In this document: piece by piece, positions 15,336 to 26,150 of the stretch | Layout: each line of letters begins with the position of its first letter | Position numbering within the stretch: position 1 is the stretch's first letter | Source of the DNA: Eledone cirrhosa | Taxonomy: Eukaryota | DNA: 64,000 bases | Direction: 5' to 3' | Assembly: GCA_964016885.1 (NCBI GenBank) | Contig: OZ024743.1 | Coordinates: 235,352,001 to 235,416,000 of the forward strand | Notes under the pieces: model-generated | What the model saw: the letters and a program-made list of their open reading frames with translations, nothing else | What the model was told of the DNA's origin: nothing | The model's database searches: none | Translations under genes and position numbers: made by a program

Positions 15336-17789
15336 TCCAATATATTCTACCATATCCACCATCCTCTATATTCTACCATCACCACCATCCTCTAAATTCT
15401 ACCATCTCACCATCCAATATATTCTACTATATCCAACATCCTCTATATTCTACTATCTCCACCATCCTCTATATATTCTACCATCCTCTATATTCTACCA
15501 TCTCCACCATCCTCTATATACTACCATCTCCACCACCATCTATATTCTACCATCTCCACCATCCTATATATTCTACCATCTCCACCATCCTCTATGTTCT
15601 ACCATCACCACCACCCTCTATGTTCCACCATCCTCTATATTCTACCACCTTCACCATCCTCTACATTTTACCATCACCACCATACTCTATATTCTACCAT
15701 CTCCACCATCCTCTATATTCTACCATCACCACCATCCTCTAAATTCGACCATCTCACCATTCAATATATTCTACCATATCCACCATCCTCTATATTCTAC
15801 CACCTCCACCATCCTATATATTCTACCATCTCCACCATCCTCTATGTTCTACCATCACCACCACCCTCTATATTCCACCATCCTCTATATTCTACCACCT
15901 TCGCCATCCTCTACATTCTACCATCACCACCATACTCTATATTCTACCATCTCCCCATCCTCTATAATCTACCATCACCACCACCCTCTATATTCTACCA
16001 TCTCTACCACCCTCTATATTCCACCATCCTCTATATTCTACCATCACCACCATCCTCTAAATTCTACCATCTCACCATCCAATATATTCCACTATATCCA
16101 ACATCCTCTATATTCTACTATCTCAACCATCCTCTATATATTCTACCATCCTCTATATTCTACCATCTCCACCATCCTCTATATACTACCATCTCCACCA
16201 CCATCTATATTCTACCATCTCCACCATCCACTATATTCTACCATAACCACCATCCTCTATATTCTAACATCTCCACCACCCTCTATATTCTACCATCTCG
16301 ACCACCCACTATATTATACCATCACCACCACCCTCTATATTCTACCATCACCACCATCCTATATATTCTTCGATCTCCACCATCCTCTATATTCTACCAT
16401 CACCACATCCTCTATATTCTACCATCTCCACCACCCTCTATATTCTACCATCACCACGACCCTCTATATTCTACCATCACCACCATCCTCTATATACTAC
16501 CATCACCACCATCTACTATATTCTACCATCACCATCATACTCTATATTCTACCATCTCCACCATCCCCTATATTCTGCAATCATCACCACCCTCTGTATT
16601 CTACCATCCTCTATATTGTACCATCTCCACCATCCTCTATATTCTACCATTACCAACATCCTCCATATTCTACCATTACACCATCCTCTATATTCTACCA
16701 TCATCACCATACTCTATATTCTACCATCTCCACCATCCTCTATATTCTACAATATCCACCATCCTCTATATTCTACCATCACCACCATCCTCTATATTCT
16801 ACCATCTCCACCATGCTATATATTCTACCACCTCCACCATCCTATATATTCTACCATCTCCACCATCCTATATATTCTACCATCTCCACCATCGTCTATA
16901 TCCTACCATCACCACCATCCTCTAAATTCTACCACTACACCATCCTCTATATTCTACCATCCCCACCATCCTCTATATTCTACCATCACCACCATCCTCT
17001 ATCCTCTACCATCACCACCATCCTCTATATTCTACCATCTCCACCATCCTCTATATTATACTATCACCACCATCCTCTATATTCTACCATCGCCACCATC
17101 CTATATATTCTACCATCACCACCACTCTCTATATTCCACCATCCTCTATATTCTAACATCTCCGACATCCTCTATAATATACCATCAGCACCACCTTCTA
17201 TAGTCTACCATCTCTACCATCCTCTATATTCTACCATCCTCTGTATTGTACCATCTCCACCATCCTCTATATTCTACCTTCACCACCATTCTCTATATTC
17301 TACCATTACACCATCCCCGAAATTATACCATCTCCACCATCCTCTATATTCTACTATCTCCACCATCCACTATATTCTACCATCACCACCACCCTCTATA
17401 TTCTACCATCACTACCACCCTCTATATTCTACCATCCTCTATATTCTACCATCAGCACCACCATCTATATTCTACCATCACCACCATCCTCTATATCCTA
17501 CCATCACCACCTTCCTCTATATTCTACCATCACCACCACCCTCTATATTCGACCATCACCCCACCCTCTATCTTCTACCATCTCAACCACCCTCTATATT
17601 CCACCATCCTCTATATTCTACGATCACACCATCCTCTATAATCTACCATCTTCATCATCCTCTATATTATACCATCTCCACCATCCTCCATATGCTCCCA
17701 TCTCCACCATCCTCTATATTCTACCATCTCCACCATCCTCTATTCTCTATCGTCTCCACCATCATCTATTGTCTATCATCTCCACCATC

Positions 17790-18040
17790 GTCTCCACCCT
17801 CGTCCATTTTCTATCGTCTGCTCCATCGTCCATTTCCTATCGTCTGTTCCATCGTCTGTTCCATCGTCTGCTCCATCGACTGCTCCATCGTCTGTTCAAT
17901 CTTCTTCTCCATCGACTGCTCCATCGTCTGTTCAATCGTCTGCTCTATCCTCTGCTCCGCGTCTGTTCCATCGTCTGCTCTATCGTCTGCTACATCTTCT
18001 GTTCCATCGTCTGCTCTATCGTCTCTTCCATCGTCTCCTC
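17790..18040 (+). repeat. 12-bp minisatellite, consensus CCATCGTCTGYT, about 20 degenerate units
   Basis: tccatcgtctgt/tccatcgtctgc read directly; 4-aa periodicity in the translations (SIVC, MEQT). Confidence 0.9.
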
Positions 18041-18044
18041 CGGT

Positions 18045-18330
18045 CTGTTTCACTCAATGCACAAGACAAAAATCGATGGAAATGAATAGAATAATTAATT
18101 ATAGCTTGTTATCATTTGACACCAAATTCGTGTTTTTGCTTTTAATTTCTATTTTATTATTTAGCTGCGCATGTTGTTCTTCCGTTTCACTCTTTAATTC
18201 TATTTTACCTAGTTAGGATTCAGGATTTTGGAGGCATTACTGAGAGGAAAACATAATCCATTTCAGGAAATGGTAAGGCACAACCAGAGTAGATACCTGG
18301 ATATTTAATTGACGTTGTCTTTAGTGGGCT
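18045..18330. other. Unique AT-rich island between the two large satellite arrays
   Basis: Longest non-repetitive stretch in the window (about 285 bp); contains T-rich pyrimidine tracts at 18130-18210. Confidence 0.9.
18213..18272 (+). CDS. Candidate internal coding exon, 60 bp, phase 0/0, peptide LGFRILEALLRGKHNPFQEM; host gene unidentified
   Basis: Acceptor tctttaattctattttacctAG ends at 18212 and donor ATG|GTAAGG starts at 18273. Length is exactly 20 codons. Only this frame is stop-free (the others contain TAG or TAA). No homology or transcript evidence is available; an alternative acceptor ttAG|18217 is possible. Confidence 0.5.
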
Positions 18331-21049
18331 TTATCTAGTGAATGGTATCTATTGGATGGTGTCTAGTGTCTAATCTCTAGTGGAGGGTATCGAGTGCATG
18401 GTGTCTAGTGGATAGTATCTAGTGGATGGTATCTAGTGGATGGTATCTAGTGGATGGTGTCTAGTGGATAGTATCTAGTGGATGGTATCTAGTGGATCGT
18501 TTCTAGTGGATGGTGTCTAGTGGATGGTGTCTAGTGGATGGTATCTAGTGGATGGTGTCTGGAGGAGGGTGTCTAGTACATGGTATCTAGTGGATGGTAT
18601 CTAGTAGATGGTGTCTAGTGGAAGGTATCTAGTGTCTAGTGTCTAGTGGATGGTGTCTAGTGGATGGTGTCTAGTGGATGGTGTCTAGTGGATGGTGTCT
18701 AGTGGATGGTGTCTAGTGAATGGTGGATAGTGTCTACTGGATGGTGTCTAGAGGACGGTGTCTCGTGGATGGTGTCTAGTGGATGGTATCTAGTGGATGG
18801 TGTCTAGTGGATGGTATCTAGTGTCTAGTGTCTATTAGATGGTGTTTAGTGGTTGGGGTCTAGTGGCTGGTATCTAGTGGATGGTGTCTAGTGGAAGGTG
18901 TTTAGTGGATGGTGTCTAGTGGATGGTGTCTAGTGGATGGTATCTAGTGGATGGTGTCTAGTGGATGGTATCTAGTGTCTAGTGTCTAGTGGATGGTGTC
19001 TAGTGGATGGTGTCTAGTGGATGGTGTCTAGTGGATGGTGTCTAGTGAATGGTGGATAGTGTCTACTGGATGGTGTCTAGAGGAGGGTGTCTAGTGGATG
19101 GTGTCTAGAGGAGGGTGTCTAGTGGATGGTGTCTAGTGGATGGTATCTAGTGGATGGAGTCTAGAGGAGGGTGTCTAGTGGATGGTATCTAGTGGATGGT
19201 ATCTAGTGGATGGTATCTAGTGGATGGTGTCTAGTGGATGGTATCTAGTGTCTAGTGTCTAGTGGATGGTGTCTAGTGGATGGTGTCTAGTGAATGGTGG
19301 ATAGTGTCTAGTCAATGGTGGGTAGTGTCTACTGGATGGTATCTAGTGGATGGTATCTAGTAGAAGGGATCTAGTGGATGGTATCTAGTGGGTGGTGTCT
19401 AGTGGATGGTGTATAGTGGATGGTGTCTAGTGGATGGTATCTAGTGTCTACTGTCTAGTGGATGGTGTCTAGTGGATGGTGTCTAGTGGATGGTATCTAG
19501 TGGATGTTGTCTAGTGGATGTTGTCTAGTGGATGTTGTCTAGTGGATGGTGTCTTGTGGATGGTGTGTAGTGTCTAGTGGATGGTATCTAGTGGATGGTG
19601 TCTAGTGGATGGTATCTAGTGGATGGTGTCTAGTGGATGGTATCTAGTGTCTACTGTCTAGTGGATGGTGTCTAGTGGATGGTATCTAGTGGATGGTATC
19701 TAGTGGATGGTGTTTAGTGGATGGTATCTAGTGGATGGTATCTAATGGATGGTATCTAGTGTCTAGTGGATGGTATCTAGTGTCTAGTGGATGGTTTCTA
19801 GTGGATGGTATCTAGTGTCTAGTGTCTAGTGGATGGTGTCTAGTGGATGGTGTCTAGTGGATGGTGTCTAGTGAATGGTGGATAGTGTCTACTGGATGGT
19901 GTCTAGTGGATGGTGTCTAGTGGATGGTGTCTAGTGGATAGTATCTAGTGGATGGTGTCTGGAGGAGGATGTCTAGTACATGGTATCTAGTGGATGGTAT
20001 CTAGTAGATGGTGTCTAGTGGAAGGTATCTAGTGTCTAGTGTCTAGTGGATGGTGTCTAGTGGATGGTGTCTAGTGGATGGTGTCTAGTGGATGGTGTCT
20101 AGTGAATGGTGGATAGTGTCTACTGGATGGTGTCTAGAGGAGGGTGTCTCGTGGATGGTGTCTAGTGGATGGTATCTAGTGGATGGTGTCTAGTGGATGG
20201 TATCTAGTGTCTAGTGTCTATTAGATGGTGTTTAGTGGTTGGGGTCTAGTGGCTGGTATCTAGTGGATGGTGTCTAGTGGAAGGTGTTTAGTGGATGGTG
20301 TCTAGTGGATGGTGTCTAGTGGATGGTATCTAGTGGATGGTGTCTAGTGGATGGTATCTAGTGTCTAGTGTCTAGTGGATGGTGTCTAGTGGATGGTGTC
20401 TAGTGGATGGTGTCTAGTGGATGGTGTCTAGTGAATGGTGGATAGTGTCTACTGGATGGTGTCTAGAGGAGGGTGTCTAGAGGAGGGTGTCTAGTGGATG
20501 GTGTCTAGTGGATGGTGTCTAGTGAATGGTGGATAGTGTCTACTGGATGGTGTCTAGTGGATGGTGTCTAGAGGAGGGTGTCTAGTGGATGGTGTCTAGT
20601 GGATGGTATCTAGTGGATGGAGTCTAGAGGAGGGTGTCTAGTGGATGGTATCTAGTGGATGGTATCTAGTGGATGGTATCTAGTGGATGGTGTCTAGTGG
20701 ATGGTATCTAGTGTCTAGTGTCTAGTGGATGGCGTCTAGTGGATGGTGTCTAGTGAATGGTGGATAGTGTCTAGTCAATGGTGGGTAGTGTCTACTGGAT
20801 GGTATCTAGTGGATGGTATCTAGTAGAAGGGATCTAGTGGATGGTATCTAGTGGGTGGTGTCTAGTGGATGGTGTATAGTGGATGGTGTCTAGTGGATGG
20901 TATCTAGTGTCTACTGTCTAGTGGATGGTGTCTAGTGGATGGTGTCTAGTGGATGGTATCTAGTGGATGTTGTCTAGTGGATGTTGTCTAGTGGATGTTG
21001 TCTAGTGGATGGTGTCTTGTGGATGGTGTGTAGTGTCTAGTGGATGGTA

Positions 21050-24000
21050 TCTAGTGGATGGTGTCTAGTGGATGGTATCTAGTGTCTACTGTCTAGTGGA
21101 TGGTATCTAGTGGATGGTGTCTAGTGGATGGTATCTAGTGGATGGTATCTAGTGGATGGTGTTTAGTGGATGGTATCTAGTGGATGGTATCTAATGGATG
21201 GTATCTAGTGTCTAGTGGATGGTATCTAGTTTCTAGTGGATGGTTTCTAGTGGATGGTATCTAGTGTCTAGTGTCTAGTGGATGGTGTCTAGTGGATGGT
21301 GTCTAGTGGATGGTGTCTAGTGAATGGTGGATAGTGTCTAGTGTCTAGTGGATGGTGTCTACTGGATGGTGTCTAGAGGAGGGTGTCTAGTGGATGGTGT
21401 CTAGAGGAGGGTGTCTAGTGGATGGTGTCTAGAGGAGGGTGTCTAGTGGATGGTGTCTAGTGGATGGTATCTAGTGGATGGAGTCTAGAGGAGGGTGTCT
21501 AGTGGATGGTATCTAGTGGATGGTATCTAGTGGATGGTATCTAGTGGATGGTGTCTAGTGGATGGTATCTAGTGTCTAGTGTCTAGTGGATGGTGTCTAG
21601 TGGATGGTGTCTAGTGAATGGTGGATAGTGTCTAGTGAATGGTGGATAGTGTCTACTGGATGGTATCTAGTGGATGGTATCTAGTAGAAGGGATCTAGTG
21701 GATGGTATCTAGTGGGTGGTGTCTAGTGGATGGTGTCTAGTGGATGGTGTCTAGTGGATGGTATCTAGTGTCTACTGTCTAGTGGATGGTGTCTAGTGGA
21801 TGGTGTCTAGTGGATGGTATCTAGTGGATGTTGTCTAGTGGATGTTGTCTAGTGGATGTTGTCTAGTGGATGGTGTCTAGTGGATGGTATCTAGTGGATG
21901 TTGTCTAGTGGATGTTGTCTAGTGGATGTTGTCTAGTGGATGGTGTCTTGTGGATGGTGTGTAGTGTCTAGTGGATGGTATCTAGTGGATGGTGTCTAGT
22001 GGATGGTATCTAGTGGATGGTGTCTAGTGGATGGTATCTAGTGGATGGTATCTAGTGGATGGTGTTTAGTGGATGGTATCTAGTGGATGGTATCTAATGG
22101 ATGGTATCTAGTGTCTAGTGCATGGTATCTAGTGTCTAGTGGATGGTATCTAATGGATGGTGTCTAGTGGATGGTGTCTAGTGTCTAGTGTCTAATAGAT
22201 GGTATCTAGCGGATGGTATCTATGGATGGTATCTATGGATGGTGTCTAGTAGATAGTATCTGGTGGATGGTATTTATGGATGGTGTCTAGTGGATGGTAT
22301 TTATGGATGGTGTCTAGTAGATGGTGTCTAGTAGATGGTATCTAGTGGATGGTGTCTAGTGGATGGTGTCTTGTGGAGGGTGTTTAGTGTCTAGTGGTTG
22401 GTATCTAGTGGATGGTGTCTACTGGATGGTATCTAGTGGATGGTATCTAGTAGATGGTATCTAGTGGATGTCGTCTAATGGATGGTATCTAGTGTAGTGG
22501 ATGGTGTCTAGTGGATGGTATTTATTGGATGGTGTCTAGTGGATGGTGTCGAGTATCTAATGTCTAGTGGATGGTAACTAGTGGATGGTGTCTAGTGTCT
22601 AATCTCTAGTGGATGGTATCTAGTTGATGGTATCTAGTTGATGGTATCTAGTGGAGGGTGTCTAGCGGATGGTATCTAGTGGATGGTGTCTAGTAGATGG
22701 TGTCTAGTGGATGGTATCTAGTGGATGGTGTCTAGTGGATGGTATCTATGGATGGTGTCTAGTGGATGGTGTCTAGTGGATGGTTTCTAGTGGATGGTAT
22801 CTAGTGTCTAGTGTCTAGTGGATGGTGTCTAGTGGATGGTGTCTAGTGGATGGTGTCTAGTGAATGGTGGATAGTGTCTACTGGATGGTCTCTAGAGGAG
22901 GGTGTCTAGTGGATGGTGTCTAGAGGAGGGTGTCTAGTGGATGGTGTCTAGAGGAGGGTGTCTAGTGGATGGTGTCTAGTGGATGGTATCTAGTGGATGG
23001 AGTCTAGAGGAGGGTGTCTAGTGGATGGTATCTAGTGGATGGTATCTAGTGGATAGTGTCTAGTGGATGGTATCTAGTGTCTAGTGTCTAGTGGATGGTG
23101 TCTAGTGGATGGTGTCTAGTGAATGGTGGATAGTGTCTAGTGAATGGTGGATAGTGTCTACTGGATGGTATCTAGTGGATGGTATCTAGTAGAAGGGATC
23201 TAGTGGATGGTATCTAGTGGGTGGTGTCTAGTGGATGGTGTCTAGTGGATGGTGTCTAGTGGATGGTATCTAGTGTCTACTGTCTAGTGGATGGTGTCTA
23301 GTGGATGGTGTCTAGTGGATGGTATCTAGTGGATGTTGTCTAGTGGATGTTGTCTAGTGGATGTTGTCTAGTGGATGGTGTCTTGTGGATGGTGTGTAGT
23401 GTCTAGTGGATGGTATCTAGTGGATGGTGTCTAGTGGATGGTATCTAGTGGATGGTGTCTAGTGGATGGTATCTAGTGGATGGTGTTTAGTGGATGGTAT
23501 CTAGTGGATGGTATCTAATGGATGGTATCTAGTGTCTAGTGGATGGTATCTAGTGTCTAGTGGATGGTATCTAATGGATGGTATCTAGTGTCTAGTGGAT
23601 GGTGTCTAGTGGATGGTATCTAGTGTCTACTGTCTAGTGGATGGTATCTAGTGGATGGTGTCTAGTGGATGGTATCTAGTGGATGGTATCTAGTGGATGG
23701 TGTTTAGTGGATGGTATCTAGTGGATGGTATCTAATGGATGGTATCTAGTGTCTAGTGGATGGTATCTAGTTTCTAGTGGATGGTTTCTAGTGGATGGTA
23801 TCTAGTGTCTAGTGTCTAGTGGATGGTGTCTAGTGGATGGTGTCTAGTGGATGGTGTCTAGTGAATGGTGGATAGTGTCTAGTGTCTAGTGGATGGTGTC
23901 TACTGGATGGTGTCTAGAGGAGGGTGTCTAGTGGATGGTGTCTAGAGGAGGGTGTCTAGTGGATGGTGTCTAGAGGAGGGTGTCTAGTGGATGGTGTCTA

Positions 24001-26150
24001 GTGGATGGTATCTAGTGGATGGAGTCTAGAGGAGGGTGTCTAGTGGATGGTATCTAGTGGATGGTATCTAGTGGATGGTATCTAGTGGATGGTGTCTAGT
24101 GGATGGTATCTAGTGTCTAGTGTCTAGTGGATGGTGTCTAGTGGATGGTGTCTAGTGAATGGTGGATAGTGTCTAGTGAATGGTGGATAGTGTCTACTGG
24201 ATGGTATCTAGTGGATGGTATCTAGTAGAAGGGATCTAGTGGATGGTATCTAGTGGGTGGTGTCTAGTGGATGGTGTCTAGTGGATGGTGTCTAGTGGAT
24301 GGTATCTAGTGTCTACTGTCTAGTGGATGGTGTCTAGTGGATGGTGTCTAGTGGATGGTATCTAGTGGATGTTGTCTAGTGGATGTTGTCTAGTGGATGT
24401 TGTCTAGTGGATGGTGTCTAGTGGATGGTATCTAGTGGATGTTGTCTAGTGGATGTTGTCTAGTGGATGTTGTCTAGTGGATGGTGTCTTGTGGATGGTG
24501 TGTAGTGTCTAGTGGATGGTATCTAGTGGATGGTGTCTAGTGGATGGTATCTAGTGGATGGTGTCTAGTGGATGGTATCTAGTGGATGGTATCTAGTGGA
24601 TGGTATCTAGTGGATGGTGTTTAGTGGATGGTATCTAGTGGATGGTATCTAATGGATGGTATCTAGTGTCTAGTGGATGGTATCTAGTGTCTAGTGGATG
24701 GTATCTAATGGATGGTGTCTAGTGGATGGTGTCTAGTGTCTAGTGTCTAATAGATGGTATCTAGCGGATGGTATCTATGGATGGTATCTATGGATGGTGT
24801 CTAGTAGATAGTATCTGGTGGATGGTATTTATGGATGGTGTCTAGTGGATGGTATTTATGGATGGTGTCTAGTAGATGGTGTCTAGTAGATGGTATCTAG
24901 TGGATGGTGTCTAGTGGATGGTGTCTTGTGGAGGGTGTTTAGTGTCTAGTGGTTGGTATCTAGTGGATGGTGTCTACTGGATGGTATCTAGTGGATGGTA
25001 TCTAGTAGATGGTATCTAGTGGATGTCGTCTAATGGATGGTATCTAGTGTAGTGGATGGTGTCTAGTGGATGGTATTTATTGGATGGTGTCTAGTGGATG
25101 GTGTCGAGTATCTAATGTCTAGTGGATGGTAACTAGTGGATGGTGTCTAGTGTCTAATCTCTAGTGGATGGTATCTAGTTGATGGTATCTAGTTGATGGT
25201 ATCTAGTGGAGGGTGTCTAGCGGATGGTATCTAGTGGATGGTGTCTAGTAGATGGTGTCTAGTGGATGGTATCTAGTGGATGGTGTCTAGTGGATGGTAT
25301 CTATGGATGGTGTCTAGTGGATGGTGTCTAGTGGATGGTTTCTAGTGGATGGTATCTAGTGTCTAGTGTCTAGTGGATGGTGTCTAGTGGATGGTGTCTA
25401 GTGGATGGTGTCTAGTGAATGGTGGATAGTGTCTACTGGATGGTCTCTAGAGGAGGGTGTCTAGTGGATGGTGTCTAGAGGAGGGTGTCTAGTGGATGGT
25501 GTCTAGAGGAGGGTGTCTAGTGGATGGTGTCTAGTGGATGGTATCTAGTGGATGGAGTCTAGAGGAGGGTGTCTAGTGGATGGTATCTAGTGGATGGTAT
25601 CTAGTGGATAGTGTCTAGTGGATGGTATCTAGTGTCTAGTGTCTAGTGGATGGTGTCTAGTGGATGGTGTCTAGTGAATGGTGGATAGTGTCTAGTGAAT
25701 GGTGGATAGTGTCTACTGGATGGTATCTAGTGGATGGTATCTAGTAGAAGGGATCTAGTGGATGGTATCTAGTGGGTGGTGTCTAGTGGATGGTGTCTAG
25801 TGGATGGTGTCTAGTGGATGGTATCTAGTGTCTACTGTCTAGTGGATGGTGTCTAGTGGATGGTGTCTAGTGGATGGTATCTAGTGGATGTTGTCTAGTG
25901 GATGTTGTCTAGTGGATGTTGTCTAGTGGATGGTGTCTTGTGGATGGTGTGTAGTGTCTAGTGGATGGTATCTAGTGGATGGTGTCTAGTGGATGGTATC
26001 TAGTGGATGGTGTCTAGTGGATGGTATCTAGTGGATGGTGTTTAGTGGATGGTATCTAGTGGATGGTATCTAATGGATGGTATCTAGTGTCTAGTGGATG
26101 GTATCTAGTGTCTAGTGGATGGTATCTAATGGATGGTATCTAGTGTCTAG
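21050..26150 (+). repeat. Tandem duplication of about 2.55 kb within the 14-bp array
   Basis: tcgtctaatg at 22471/25026, ggtctctagagg at 22887/25442 and tagaagggatc at 23190/25745 (offset 2555); tagaagggatc at 21685/24226 (offset 2541, one unit shorter). Boundaries are approximate. Confidence 0.88.

Larger units (their letters stand above)
2190..17745 (+). repeat. 26-bp tandem satellite/minisatellite, consensus TATATTCTACCATC(T/A)CCACCATCCTC, roughly 600 units, interspersed with 17-bp deletion units
   Basis: Unit counted directly (e.g. 2671-2696). The ORF translations repeat every 26 aa (3 x 26 bp; ILYILPSPPSSIFYHLHHPLYSTIST). The top strand is almost devoid of G. Confidence 0.97.

Noticed and set aside
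2101-18216. Long His/Pro/Ser/Tyr/Ile-rich ORFs (up to 790 aa) on the plus strand
   Set aside because: They are translations of a G-free 26-bp repeat with no consensus stop. All three frames give the same rotating peptide, and the starts come from sporadic variants.
18165-18272. Longer 108-bp exon using the upstream acceptor ttattattTAG (18164)
   Set aside because: It has an in-frame TAA after 10 codons in the frame that is open downstream, so it is not a viable coding exon.
18045-18330. tRNA, ncRNA or transposon end in the unique island
   Set aside because: No cloverleaf, A/B boxes, terminal inverted repeats or poly(A) tail recognisable by eye.
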